From Pseudomonadota bacterium (lineage in GTDB: Bacteria > Pseudomonadota > Gammaproteobacteria > JAKAQQ01), in contig DAHVLZ010000009.1 of NCBI GenBank assembly GCA_027320085.1, positions 192,001 to 256,000 of the forward strand: a stretch of 64,000 nucleotides of DNA, written 5' to 3'. Under the pieces are notes generated by a model. It ran no database searches, had not been told where the DNA came from, and saw only the letters and a list, made by a program, of their open reading frames with translations. The position numbers and the translations under genes were made by a program. Shown here piece after piece: positions 28,950 through 39,430 of this stretch; within the stretch, counting starts at the first letter, position 1; every line of letters begins with the position of its first letter.

Positions 28950-29833
28950 GTCACCGCCCGTCAACACGGGGTTCGCTGGTCCTAGAAACAGTCCGGGTCA
29001 TCACCCGTGACACTTATCCCGCCGGTCAGTACCGACTCGGTCTGGAGGCTCCGCTGATCGCGGAACGAGCCCAACCCGGAATGTTCATCCACTTGGGCTG
29101 TGACACATCCGGCCGGGTCAGGAGACCGATGTCGATCCTGGGTGCCAAGGAGGGAGTCCTTGAGATCCTGTTCAAAACCGTGGGGGCAGGCACCCAACTG
29201 CTCAGTCAATGTGCACTCGGAGACCGTCTCAGCGCGATCGGGCCCATCGGTACACCGTTCCGTCCTGACCCGGAAGCCACCTGGATCATTGCAGTTGGGG
29301 GTGGAACCGGAATTCCTCCGCTTCTTTTTCTGCTGGAAAGGCTCGCGAGCCTCAAAACGGACCAGCGTCTCGTTTTCTTCGGTGGTTCAGAGATTCCCTT
29401 CCCATTCGAAACTCTCACCCGCAGGACCTCCTTCCCCGGGGTAGAACGAGTGGCTTCAGGGGCACTCGGTCGCCTGGACCGCATTGGAGTTCCTTCTGCG
29501 CTCGCCAGTCGTGTCGGACTACCCGGAACCTACCCTGGATTTGTCACCGGCCTTTTCAGTCACTGGCTGACCCAAGCAAAAATCACCGAACAGGACCACT
29601 GCCAGGTTTTCAGTTGCGGTCCCAGACCACTCATGGCGACTGTTCAGGAAATCGCAAGCAGAAATGGATTCGGTGGTGCACTTTGTCTTGAGGAAAATAT
29701 GGCTTGTGCCGTGGGAGGCTGTGCAGGCTGTGCCGTTCCGATCCGGGAACCAGGCGGTTTGACCATGCGCCGTGTCTGCGTCGACGGACCGGTTTTCCCA
29801 ATCGATCGAGTCCTCTTTGGTGAAGGAAGCTAG
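28946..29833 (+). CDS. pyrK: Dihydroorotate dehydrogenase electron transfer subunit-like FAD/[2Fe-2S] protein
   Basis: RRPMS, GGGTGIPP, CGP, MACAVGGCAGC...VCVDGPVF. Confidence 0.85.
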   Translation: MSHRPSTRGSLVLETVRVITRDTYPAGQYRLGLEAPLIAERAQPGMFIHLGCDTSGRVRRPMSILGAKEGVLEILFKTVGAGTQLLSQCALGDRLSAIGPIGTPFRPDPEATWIIAVGGGTGIPPLLFLLERLASLKTDQRLVFFGGSEIPFPFETLTRRTSFPGVERVASGALGRLDRIGVPSALASRVGLPGTYPGFVTGLFSHWLTQAKITEQDHCQVFSCGPRPLMATVQEIASRNGFGGALCLEENMACAVGGCAGCAVPIREPGGLTMRRVCVDGPVFPIDRVLFGEGS

Positions 29834-30213
29834 CCCTTTCCGACGATCGCTTCGATCTCGATAAGGGCACCCCGCGGGAGAGCCGAGACCTGCACAACCG
29901 ACCGGGCTGGGTAAGGGGGGTGCCAAAAACGGACAAACAGCTCGTTCAGCGCCGGGTAGTCTCCTAAATCGGTCAGGAAAACCGTGACTTTTACAACCCC
30001 CTCCACACCACCACCCTCTTCGCACAAGGCACCGAGATTCCGGAGCGCCTGTTCTGCCTGGGGTCTGAAATCCGGCGAGACCAACTCGCCGGTCGCTGGA
30101 TCCAGACCAATCTGCCCGGAGACAAAAGTCCACGATCCAACCCGGACTGCTGGGGAATAAGGGCCGATTGCGAGGGGTGCCTTCGGCGAAATTAGGGATA
30201 GTTTTCCAGTCAT
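29830..30213 (-). CDS. ridA: RidA family imine deaminase
   Basis: AIGPYS, SGQIGLDP, YPARS.V.V..LP....IEIE. Confidence 0.93.
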   Translation of the reverse strand: MTGKLSLISPKAPLAIGPYSPAVRVGSWTFVSGQIGLDPATGELVSPDFRPQAEQALRNLGALCEEGGGVEGVVKVTVFLTDLGDYPALNELFVRFWHPPYPARSVVQVSALPRGALIEIEAIVGKG

Positions 30214-30247
30214 CGTCAGTACTCAATTGGGGACTATGGTTTGGTGT

Positions 30248-32410
30248 TCAGGTTCGAATCCTGCTGATCCGCGAAACGACGGTCACGCGGCGAAGGTGCC
30301 GAAACAGCGCAGCAAGATGTTTGCGGTCACGGACCGTACAGGTAAAGTTGAGTGTTGCAATCAGTCCGTCCCGCTCCGTAACCGCAACCTGCTCGATATT
30401 GGAGCCGCATTCGGCAATCTGCGCCGCAATCTGGGCTAAAGCACCTCGTTCATTCGTGACGTCGACTCTGAAAGCCACTGAAAAATCCCGACTGATCCCG
30501 GGTTCCCATTCCAGTTCCACCCACTTGTCCGCCGACTTGCGGTGCTCCAGGAGATTTGGACAGTCATTGCGGTGGATAACCATTCCACGCCCGATGGAAA
30601 GAAACCCGGCGATCTCGTCTCCTGGAATGGGATAGCAGCAGCGCGCGAAAGTAACCACGACACCCTCGGTACCCCTTATGACAATCGGAGTGGTGAGTGA
30701 CAGGGTCACTTCGATCGGAGGCGACTGTAGAACCGCATTTGCAACCAGCATGGCTGGCCGCTCACCGAGTCCAACTTGAACCAGAAGAGTTTCGACGTCC
30801 TCAAGCTTGAAACTGCGGGCCAGATTCTCCAAGCGTTGGGAGTCTACCCGGTGCAGAGAGGTATGGGCTTTTGCGAGAATCTGGTTCACCAGTTGTTCAC
30901 CCAGCCGTTTCGCCTCAGTTCGTTCCAGGTTTTTGAGAAATTGCCGGATATTGGTCCGTGCTTTCGCAGTCACCACGAAATTGAGCCATGCTGGATTTGG
31001 GCGAGCGCCATGCGCTGTCAGGATTTCCACCAGTTGTCCACTTTGCAGAATAGTTCTCAGTGGAACCAACTGCCGGTCGATCTTGGCCGCGACACAAGAA
31101 TTGCCAAGGTCCGTGTGGACCGCGTACGCAAAATCGACGGGCGTGGATCCACGGGGCAGACGTCGGATCTCGCCCCGGGGGGTAAAGACATAGACCTCAT
31201 CCGGAAACAGATCCACCTTGACGTTTTCCATGAATTCAATGGAGCTGCCGGTCCGATCTTGGATTTCGACCAGATCGCGAATCCATTCCCGTGCCCGAAA
31301 CTCGGTGGAACGGGCAGCCTCTTCGCCCGTTTTGTAAAGCCAGTGTGCTGCAATGCCAGCTTCGGCGATCTGATCCATGATCCGTGTCCGGATCTGGATC
31401 TCAATGGGTACCCCTTCGGGACCGATCACCACGGTATGGAGTGACTGGTAGCCGTTGACCTTGGGAATGGCAATGTAATCCTTGAATTTTCCCGGCAGGG
31501 GGCTATATAGGTGATGAACCACTCCAAGCGCCCGGTAAGCAGTGTCTTCACGATCGACAATGATTCGAAATCCATACCGATCCCAGACCTCATTCCATGT
31601 CAGACCCTTGTGCTTCATCTTGTAGTAGATGCTGTACAGCTGTTTTTCTCGGCCAGCCAAAACCACCTCGATCCCTTCCTGCTCGAAAGCCCGCTTTAGT
31701 GCATTCTCAGTCCGTCGGATGAGTTCTTTCCGGTGACGCCTCCGCTCACGCAGACGGGCCGAAAGAACCCGGTAGCGACGCGGATAGAGGTTCATGAAAC
31801 CAAGATCCTCAAGCTCAAGTCGCCACGCATTCATGCCCAAGCGATGGGCGATCGGTGCATAAATCTCAAGGGTTTCGGCCGCAATGAGATGGCGCTTAGC
31901 GTCTGGCATGCTAGCTAAGGTACGCATATTGTGCAGTCGATCTGCCAGCTTGATTAAAATTACCCGGATATCGTCCACCATCGCCAGCAGCATTTTCCTG
32001 AAATTCTCGGCCTGCGCTTCGGCATGGGTCGGAAAGGAGATCTGCGTCAGCTTGCTCACGCCATCGACTAGATGAGCGACATCTGACCCGAAACGGACCT
32101 CCAGCTCTGCCCGGGTCACTGGAGTATCCTCAATGACATCATGCAGGACTGCTGCGGCTAGCGTTTTTGCATCGACGTGCAACTCCGCCAGGATAAATGC
32201 AACCTGTAGCGGATGGTTGATATAGGCTTCGCCCGACAGCCGTTTCTGGCCGGCATGGGCTTCCTCGCTGTAGAGGTAGGCCTTTTCAAAAAAATCGACT
32301 TGGGTTGGCGGCAGGTAGTGGCCGAGCTTGGCCAAAAAAGCTGTCAGACCTTCTGCTTGGCGGTCAGGAACTCCGTGACTCGTCGAGACACGCGCCTCGG
32401 GCAGAGTCAC
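30248..32410 (-). CDS. spoT: Bifunctional (p)ppGpp synthetase/hydrolase
   Basis: Intact HD motif LHDVIED, KLADRLHNMRT, NGYQSLHT, TGS and ACT domains; follows rpoZ. Confidence 0.96.
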   Translation of the reverse strand: MTLPEARVSTSHGVPDRQAEGLTAFLAKLGHYLPPTQVDFFEKAYLYSEEAHAGQKRLSGEAYINHPLQVAFILAELHVDAKTLAAAVLHDVIEDTPVTRAELEVRFGSDVAHLVDGVSKLTQISFPTHAEAQAENFRKMLLAMVDDIRVILIKLADRLHNMRTLASMPDAKRHLIAAETLEIYAPIAHRLGMNAWRLELEDLGFMNLYPRRYRVLSARLRERRRHRKELIRRTENALKRAFEQEGIEVVLAGREKQLYSIYYKMKHKGLTWNEVWDRYGFRIIVDREDTAYRALGVVHHLYSPLPGKFKDYIAIPKVNGYQSLHTVVIGPEGVPIEIQIRTRIMDQIAEAGIAAHWLYKTGEEAARSTEFRAREWIRDLVEIQDRTGSSIEFMENVKVDLFPDEVYVFTPRGEIRRLPRGSTPVDFAYAVHTDLGNSCVAAKIDRQLVPLRTILQSGQLVEILTAHGARPNPAWLNFVVTAKARTNIRQFLKNLERTEAKRLGEQLVNQILAKAHTSLHRVDSQRLENLARSFKLEDVETLLVQVGLGERPAMLVANAVLQSPPIEVTLSLTTPIVIRGTEGVVVTFARCCYPIPGDEIAGFLSIGRGMVIHRNDCPNLLEHRKSADKWVELEWEPGISRDFSVAFRVDVTNERGALAQIAAQIAECGSNIEQVAVTERDGLIATLNFTCTVRDRKHLAALFRHLRRVTVVSRISRIRT

Positions 32411-32422
32411 AGGTACACCGGT

Positions 32423-32704
32423 TCAGAATGCCTCGTCCGCCTCCGGCACCACAAAAGAGTCCGGGAAAGGCGGGGGCTCTTCGGTCAAAGCGGGCTTCGG
32501 ACCATCCGGCTGGTTCAGAACTTCTGGTCCGACAAGACCTTCTGCCACTTCACGGAGCGCAATGACGGTTGGTTTGTCATGCTCCTGATCAATCGAGGTG
32601 ACCGCCCCGTTCGATAATTGGCGCGCCCTTTTGGCCGCCACTAGAACCAAAGTGAAAAGATTCGGTATCCGCGCCGTGCAATCTTCAACTGTAACCCTTG
32701 CCAT
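32423..32704 (-). CDS. rpoZ: RNA polymerase omega subunit
   Basis: MARVTVEDC, LVLVAAKRARQL, DKPTVIALRE. Confidence 0.97.
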   Translation of the reverse strand: MARVTVEDCTARIPNLFTLVLVAAKRARQLSNGAVTSIDQEHDKPTVIALREVAEGLVGPEVLNQPDGPKPALTEEPPPFPDSFVVPEADEAF

Positions 32705-32908
32705 TGAAACCCTTCCGAATAAATAAAATCATCGTGTAGCAGGTCTTGCATTATATCGGAAAATTAGGTGTACTTCCAAACATATCCCTCAAGATATCTA
32801 ATGGGCTCGTATCCAGGACGCCCTCGGGCAACTGTTCCGTCAAAATTTGTCGAAAGTCTCCGATGATGAAGGTTCCGATGTCATGCCTCCAGTTAAAATC
32901 CCGTGGAT

Positions 32909-33577
32909 TCAGCTCGGTAGTGAGCCCTCCAGCAGATCGGCCACTCTCCGTTCAAGGTCGGGAGGTGGGTGATAGGAGATGCCCCCAAGCTGACCCATAA
33001 TTGCCTGAATCTGGGCGACTGTCCGCTCGACATCATCATTCACGAGAACATAGTTGAAGCTGCGGTAGTTCCGGATCTCCTGCTGGGCCTCGCGCAAGCG
33101 CCGCGCGATCTGGTCCTGACCCTCAGTCTGTCTGCCTCGCAGGCGTCGTTCAAGCTCTTCCCGGGATGGAGGCAACAAAAGAAACGTCTCCACGGCTTGC
33201 GGCAGGTTTCGGCGGACTTGGCAAGCACCGTTCCAGTCAATATCCAAAAGAACCGGGCGTCCTTGTTCCAAGGCCCCGATCACAGGCTGCCGGGGCGTTC
33301 CATAGCAATAGCCGTAGACCTCGGCATATTCCAAAAAATCTCCGCGACTAACCCAAGTCTTGAATTCCTCTGAGGTGAGGAAGAAGTAGTCGATACCGTG
33401 ACGTTCAAGGGGGCGAGTCGGGCGGGTCGTGGCCGAAACAGAAAAGAAGATCCGGTCGCGCCCGCGTTCCAGCAACGCCCGGACGACCGTGGTTTTACCG
33501 GTACCGGACGGAGCACACAAGACAAAAATACCCGGACGCGTTCCCTGCACCCGCGGCCCGTTTTCTCGTTCTACCAT
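32909..33577 (-). CDS. gmk: Guanylate kinase (start approximate)
   Basis: APSGTGKTT, SVSATTR, YGT, LDIDWNG. Confidence 0.95.
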   Translation of the reverse strand: MVERENGPRVQGTRPGIFVLCAPSGTGKTTVVRALLERGRDRIFFSVSATTRPTRPLERHGIDYFFLTSEEFKTWVSRGDFLEYAEVYGYCYGTPRQPVIGALEQGRPVLLDIDWNGACQVRRNLPQAVETFLLLPPSREELERRLRGRQTEGQDQIARRLREAQQEIRNYRSFNYVLVNDDVERTVAQIQAIMGQLGGISYHPPPDLERRVADLLEGSLPS

Positions 33578-33681
33578 CAACTGACCCGTCCTACCCCAGA
33601 ACCCGCTTCCGGGCAGCTCCAGTATACTGGCGGGCACCTATTCTTTTCTAATGTGCTTCAATCATCCTTCGAGGGGAATCC

Positions 33682-34434
33682 ATGGCCATGCGACCGAGCG
33701 GCCGCAAACCCGATGAGTTGAGACCCGTCCAGCTGATGCGCGGATTCACCCGGCACGCCGAGGGATCGGTGCTCGTATCGTACGGGGATACGCGTGTACT
33801 TTGTACGGCCAGCATCGAGGATCGGGTGCCCGCCTTTCTGCGCGGCAAAAACCGTGGGTGGGTGACCGCCGAATACGCTATGTTGCCCCGCTCCACACAC
33901 ACTCGGCACGAACGTGCCAATCTCCATTCCCGTCCAGACGCGCGAGCTTACGAGATTCAACGTCTGATCGGGCGAGCCCTTCGCGCAGCCGTCGACTTGG
34001 ATGCCCTAGGGGAGCGAACCGTGATTCTTGACTGTGATGTGATCCAGGCGGACGGGAGTACCCGTGTGGCTGCCATCACCGGCGGGTACGTTGCCTTGGT
34101 GGACGCAGTCCAACGCTTGGTACGGGAAAATCGTCTCGCCAGCTCTCCGATCCATGGTGCGGTGGCGGCCGTCTCGGCAGGACTGTACCGGGGAGAAGCG
34201 ATCCTAGACCTCGACTACGCAGAGGATGTCGAAGCGGAAAGTGACCTGAATATCGTCATGAATGAACTCGGCGCGCTGATCGAGATTCAAGGAACAGCCG
34301 AAGGCCACGCGCTTCGCCGCGACGAATTGGACCGCCTCGTGGACCTCGCCGAACGGGGAATTCAGACGCTCATCCGGATTCAGCGTGATTGCCTCTCCGA
34401 AACGCCGGACACCTCTTGTCCTGGCCACTCATAA
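33682..34434 (+). CDS. rph: Ribonuclease PH
   Basis: [32 protein letters not shown]. Confidence 0.97.
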   Translation: MAMRPSGRKPDELRPVQLMRGFTRHAEGSVLVSYGDTRVLCTASIEDRVPAFLRGKNRGWVTAEYAMLPRSTHTRHERANLHSRPDARAYEIQRLIGRALRAAVDLDALGERTVILDCDVIQADGSTRVAAITGGYVALVDAVQRLVRENRLASSPIHGAVAAVSAGLYRGEAILDLDYAEDVEAESDLNIVMNELGALIEIQGTAEGHALRRDELDRLVDLAERGIQTLIRIQRDCLSETPDTSCPGHS

Positions 34435-35026
34435 CGCGGGCAAGCTCCGCGAACTCCATCCTTGGGTCCTATCCCAAGGTCTTGAGCCACACACGCTGGA
34501 CGAGCTTGGGATCCCCATCCCGGAAGAAACCGGCTCAAGCCTTGAAGAAAACGTCCTGATCAAAGCCAAACAAGCACGCAAGCTATGTTCTTTTGCTGTC
34601 CTCGCCGACGATTCAGGACTCGAAGTGGATGCCCTAGAGGGTGGTCCTGGGGTCACGACAGCCGATTACGCAGGTCCCGGTGCCTCTGCCGAGGAGAACA
34701 TCCAGAAACTCCTCACCGCCCTCAACGGGCTGCCTCCAGATTTGAGGTCAGCCCAGTTTCGCTGCGTGCTTGTTCTCTGGCCCCCCGATCGAGCATCCCC
34801 CTTCATGGCCGAGGGGATCTGTCACGGGCGAATTCTCTCCACCCCCCGAGGGCAGAAAGGGTTCGGCTACGATCCCGTGTTCGAAATTCCCGAGCTGGGG
34901 AAAAGCATGGCCGAAATCGATCCCAAACTAAAGGGGGAATACAGCCATCGGGGTAGAGCCCTTATGGCTTTACAAAAACTGCTCGCCAACGCTTGCTGGC
35001 CACCGATAGACGGTGGGCACCCCTAG
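34385..35026 (+). CDS. rdgB: dITP/XTP pyrophosphatase
   Basis: [32 protein letters not shown]. Confidence 0.95.
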   Translation: MIASPKRRTPLVLATHNAGKLRELHPWVLSQGLEPHTLDELGIPIPEETGSSLEENVLIKAKQARKLCSFAVLADDSGLEVDALEGGPGVTTADYAGPGASAEENIQKLLTALNGLPPDLRSAQFRCVLVLWPPDRASPFMAEGICHGRILSTPRGQKGFGYDPVFEIPELGKSMAEIDPKLKGEYSHRGRALMALQKLLANACWPPIDGGHP

Positions 35027-37644
35027 TCTAGGCAGTGCTTCAGGATCTCTCGAACATCCACCGACCGATCAGACTCCCCGACCAGTGCTCTTATCACGGC
35101 GTGCATGCGAGCCCGAACCTCCGGTTGCTTCCAAAGCGCAGGGGTAGAAAATGCCTTTGCGAGCCGTGCCGCAACCTTGGGGTTGTAAGGGTCAATACGG
35201 CGGATTTCCTCGGATAGAAAAAAGTACCCAGAACCCGTGGGATCATGAAAGGCAGAGAGATTGCGTTGCACAAACGCACCGATCAGGGCATAAACGCGAT
35301 TGGGATTACGCCGGTTGAAATCAGGGCTCTCTGCCCGTTCGGCCACCCGTCGGGCTACATCTGGCAAGTGCGAGGTTGCCTCGAGGAGATTGCACTTATC
35401 TAAAACCAGAGGGTGGTTTTCGTATCGGCACCGGAACTCCAAAAACAGCATTTCACGGACTGGTCCGGAGGTATCGTTAACCGCCGCCAGCGATCCGAGA
35501 CGGTCCGTAAGATTATCAGCGCGCTCATAGTGTTCGCGTGCCCAAGAAAGATAAACAGCGGGATTGGACCGGACAAGATAACTCAGAGCAAGCAGTTGTA
35601 AGCGGCGACGGGCGGCGATCTCTACCTCGTAATGGTACGGACCGCCCGATGTGAATTCCGTATAAATTTCCCGCCAGCGGTCGGCTAACGCTTGGGCAAG
35701 CTGGTTCTGTAAAAAATCACGGGCCGCACGGACACCATGAGGATCGAATGGTTTGATCTGCTCACAAAGCCAGGCTTCATCAGGCAGAACACAGAGCTCA
35801 GTTACAAGTCCTGGGTCCCGGGAGACGTCGTTCAGCACCTCGTACCATACGCCGAGAAGGGCATCTGACGAGGGAGGTGGGTTGTCCTGCTTCGGGGCCT
35901 GCACCAAGGACCGCAACACGCGGATTGCTAGTTCTTGCGCAGCATCCCACTGACTGAAACCATCTGGATCCGAGCGCACCCGAAGCAAAAGGTCCGCATC
36001 TGATACCTCACAGTTCAGGATAACTGGCGCCGAAAACCCCCTGAAAACGGAAATCACGGGTGACTCCATCACTTCCTCGAGCACAAACTCCTGGCAGGGT
36101 TCCACAAGATGGAGCACTGCCTCCATGACGGCCGAACGTTCCTTGTTGCATTTGAAACTGAGGGGAACACCAGCTGCCGATAAAAGCCCGATTTTGACCG
36201 GAATCCAGAGTGGTTCATCCGCATGGGGAAGTCGGCCCGGGCGGGATTGGTTCAGCAAGAGATGCAATTGCGAGGTCTTATTGTCATAGCGCCACTGGAG
36301 TTCCACTGTTGGAGTTCCTGCATGATCGAACCAGCGTTGGAGAGGATGCAGCGGTCGTTCTGCAGCATCTTCCATCACGGAATAAAAATCCTCCAGCGTG
36401 ACCGCACAGCCATCGAAACGCTGAAAGTACAAAGCCAGACCGCGTGCGAAAACCGAAGGGCCTAGAACGGTGGAAATCAGCCGTATGACCTCCGCCCCCT
36501 TCTCATAAACCGTAGGAGTATAGAAGTTGTCTATTTCTTCATATGACTCCGGTCGAATCGGATGGGCTAGCGGCCCCGCATCCTCCGGAAATTGAGTCGC
36601 CCGCAAAACCCTTACATCCTGTATGCGGCGCAGGATGGAGATTCCCTGGTTTTCCATAAAGCATTGCTCCCGGTACACTGTAAGCCCTTCCTTGAGCGAA
36701 AGCTGAAACCAATCGCGAAGCGTAATGCGGTTTCCGGTCCAATTGTGGAAATACTCGTGAGCCACAACGGCCAGAATGTTTTCATGGTCTTGGTCTGTTG
36801 CGACTTGCGCATCGGCAAGGACGTATTTGGTATTGAAAATGTTGAGCGACTTGTTTTCCATCGCACCCATGTTGAAGTCGTCGATTGCAACCAGGTGGTA
36901 CTGGGCGAGGTCATACTCGCGTCCGTACTGCTTTTCGTCGAAACGCATAGCTTGGACGAGACACTCCAGGCTAAAATGACCGCGTCCAGCCTGCCCGACC
37001 GGCAAGTGTATAAAAAGCTCGACAGCACGGCCTGATTGGGTCGTAAAGGTCGCGCGCTCAAGATCAAAGCGACCGGCCACTAGGGCAAACAGGTAGGAGG
37101 GCTTTGGAAACGGATCGTCATAGACCGTATAATGCCGCCCCCGTGGAAGCCGTCCTTCGGCTATTCGGTTGCCATTCGAGAGCAGAGTGGGGAACGAGGC
37201 TTTTTCCGCCTCGAGCCGGACCCGGAAGCGCGATTGGATATCTGGCCGATCTAGAAAGTAGCTGATGCGACGGAAACCTTCTGCTTCACACTGGGTGCAC
37301 AGGGCACCCCCTGAAACGTAGAGCCCAGCAAGCGAAGTGTTGGAGCCTGGCGAGAGGCGGACTTGGAGTGCGAGTTCAAACAAATCAGGCACGTCATGCA
37401 GGATGAGATGCACAGGGGTCAGTTCGAGAGTCGTGGGGGGGACCGGCTTGCCATCGATCTCTATGGAAAGCAGTTCAAGCCCCACTCCATCAAGGGTCAA
37501 GGGAGCACGGACCTGATGATCCGTCCGCTCAATCCAGAGCCTGCTCGTCACGAGGGTCTCGGTCGGATCCAAGTCAAAGTGGAGATCCACTTCAGGAATC
37601 CGGAAGGCGGGTGGCTGATAGTCGATGAGTTTGGTTGCGGGCAT
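35023..37644 (-). CDS. pepN: Aminopeptidase N
   Basis: TQCEAEGFRR, GAMEN, HEYFH..LKEG, NPNR. Confidence 0.96.
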   Translation of the reverse strand: MPATKLIDYQPPAFRIPEVDLHFDLDPTETLVTSRLWIERTDHQVRAPLTLDGVGLELLSIEIDGKPVPPTTLELTPVHLILHDVPDLFELALQVRLSPGSNTSLAGLYVSGGALCTQCEAEGFRRISYFLDRPDIQSRFRVRLEAEKASFPTLLSNGNRIAEGRLPRGRHYTVYDDPFPKPSYLFALVAGRFDLERATFTTQSGRAVELFIHLPVGQAGRGHFSLECLVQAMRFDEKQYGREYDLAQYHLVAIDDFNMGAMENKSLNIFNTKYVLADAQVATDQDHENILAVVAHEYFHNWTGNRITLRDWFQLSLKEGLTVYREQCFMENQGISILRRIQDVRVLRATQFPEDAGPLAHPIRPESYEEIDNFYTPTVYEKGAEVIRLISTVLGPSVFARGLALYFQRFDGCAVTLEDFYSVMEDAAERPLHPLQRWFDHAGTPTVELQWRYDNKTSQLHLLLNQSRPGRLPHADEPLWIPVKIGLLSAAGVPLSFKCNKERSAVMEAVLHLVEPCQEFVLEEVMESPVISVFRGFSAPVILNCEVSDADLLLRVRSDPDGFSQWDAAQELAIRVLRSLVQAPKQDNPPPSSDALLGVWYEVLNDVSRDPGLVTELCVLPDEAWLCEQIKPFDPHGVRAARDFLQNQLAQALADRWREIYTEFTSGGPYHYEVEIAARRRLQLLALSYLVRSNPAVYLSWAREHYERADNLTDRLGSLAAVNDTSGPVREMLFLEFRCRYENHPLVLDKCNLLEATSHLPDVARRVAERAESPDFNRRNPNRVYALIGAFVQRNLSAFHDPTGSGYFFLSEEIRRIDPYNPKVAARLAKAFSTPALWKQPEVRARMHAVIRALVGESDRSVDVREILKHCLD

Positions 37645-37765
37645 TCTTTGTAAAGGCTCCTCGAAACCGCTGCATTATAGGAGCAAGATGTCCATATAAT
37701 GGTCCGAGACGATGGAGCCATATCCACACCCCCGGCAGTCTCCCACGCAGGATCATCCTAGCCTC

Positions 37766-39013
37766 ATGAACCCTCCAACCCGGTCTCCCCAAGCAGCTCA
37801 AGACCGGTCTGTACTGCCCAGTCCTTTTGCTCCTCCATCGGCCCTTGGCCTCTACCTACATCTACCTTGGTGCGTTCGCAAGTGCCCCTACTGCGATTTC
37901 AACTCGTATGCCCGCCGCGGGAACCTTCCGGAGTCACGCTATCTCGATGCCCTGTGTCGAGACTTGGCTCAAAACGCAGAAGGGCTTCAGGACCGGACCG
38001 TGATTTCCATTTTTCTAGGCGGAGGAACACCCAGCCTATTCAGCCCATCTGGCATTCGCCACCTACTCGATCGTGTCCGAGACACATTCCATGTGCCTGC
38101 TGGACTTGAAGTCACGTTGGAAGCCAACCCGGGAACAGCTGAAGCAGGTCGTTTCGCAGGCTATCGGGCCGCGGGAGTCACGCGCCTCTCCCTCGGCATT
38201 CAGAGTTTTTCAGACGTCTCTCTGGCGGCACTTGGGCGCATCCACAACGGCAAAGACGGACAATCCGCCTTCAAAATGGCCCGGTCCGCCGGTTTCGATT
38301 CGATCAATCTTGATCTCATGTACGGCCTTCCCGGCCAGACCCCCGACATGGCATCTCACGACCTCTCACAAGCCTTTAACCTCGAACCCGACCACCTCTC
38401 CTACTACGAACTCACGATCGAGAGCGGAACCGCTTTTGCCCGTAATCCCCCACAGCGTCCCGGAGATGAGGTAATGGAGGAGATCGAAAACATGGCCCAT
38501 GAGCAACTCGCTCGGAATGGTTACCACCGTTATGAGGTTTCCGCTTACGCCCGTCGCCCCGAATCTATTTGCCGTCATAACTTTCTGTACTGGCAATATG
38601 GGGATTATTTGGGTCTCGGTGCGGGTGCCCACAGCAAGCTGTCTCGAAACGGAAGGATCCGTCGATGCGTCCGGGTCCACCACCCTGTGCTCTACATGGA
38701 GTGTTTGGAGCGTGGTTCCTCCCCTGAGCAGGAATGGTGGCCCACCCCCCCCGAAGTGCGTTTCGAGTTCTTCCTGAACGCCTTACGTCTGACCAATGGC
38801 TTTCCTTCAGCGCTCTATAGCCGGCAGACTGGTGAGCCCTTGACGGCCGTATGGGACCTCTTGAAATCTCTTGAGGAACGTGGACTTTTGACAGCGGATT
38901 CATGGGGAATCCGACCCACTCTTCGGGGCTATGCCTTGCTCAACGAAGTGATCGCCCCTTTCCTCCCTGAGACTCATGACATCCACCCCGGCCGGCTCGG
39001 ACCCGCTGCATGA
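37766..39013 (+). CDS. hemW: Radical SAM heme chaperone HemW (start 37712 or 37766)
   Basis: LYLHLPWCVRKCPYCDFNS, GGGTPS, YEVSAY, HN..YW. Confidence 0.92.
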   Translation: MNPPTRSPQAAQDRSVLPSPFAPPSALGLYLHLPWCVRKCPYCDFNSYARRGNLPESRYLDALCRDLAQNAEGLQDRTVISIFLGGGTPSLFSPSGIRHLLDRVRDTFHVPAGLEVTLEANPGTAEAGRFAGYRAAGVTRLSLGIQSFSDVSLAALGRIHNGKDGQSAFKMARSAGFDSINLDLMYGLPGQTPDMASHDLSQAFNLEPDHLSYYELTIESGTAFARNPPQRPGDEVMEEIENMAHEQLARNGYHRYEVSAYARRPESICRHNFLYWQYGDYLGLGAGAHSKLSRNGRIRRCVRVHHPVLYMECLERGSSPEQEWWPTPPEVRFEFFLNALRLTNGFPSALYSRQTGEPLTAVWDLLKSLEERGLLTADSWGIRPTLRGYALLNEVIAPFLPETHDIHPGRLGPAA

Positions 39014-39130
39014 CCCGGAACCTAGCACCCCGCAAGGGTGCTCGTACCTCGCAGACCTGTCCCGGAATTGCAACACCCTGCCCGCTGGTCTAAAATACGC
39101 TGGTAAACCAACCGTGACCGAGACCGATCC

Positions 39131-39343
39131 ATGAAGGCGGGCATCCATCCAAAATACGCTGAAGTCACCGTAACCTGCAGTTGCGGTAACCAGTTCCGCA
39201 CCCGCTCGACCCTGGAGCATGATCTACACGTTGAAGTGTGCGCCCAATGCCATCCCTTTTACTCCGGCAAACAAAAACTCGTCGATACGGCCGGGCGGGT
39301 TGACAAATTTAAGCGCAAATATGCGGCTCGCTCGGCAAGCTGA
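39131..39343 (+). CDS. rpmE: 50S ribosomal protein L31 (Zn-binding type)
   Basis: [21 protein letters not shown]. Confidence 0.98.
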   Translation: MKAGIHPKYAEVTVTCSCGNQFRTRSTLEHDLHVEVCAQCHPFYSGKQKLVDTAGRVDKFKRKYAARSAS

Positions 39344-39430
39344 CCCGCACTGACTCCGACGACAGATGCCAATCCCAGGGCAGAAAGCGGTGGCGGCCGT
39401 TGTTCTCCTCTCGTATGGAGTTGAAGTACC

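Noticed and set aside
39092-39161. AAAATACGCTG repeated upstream of and inside rpmE
   Set aside because: A single 11-bp repeat with no supporting structure; compatible with chance.
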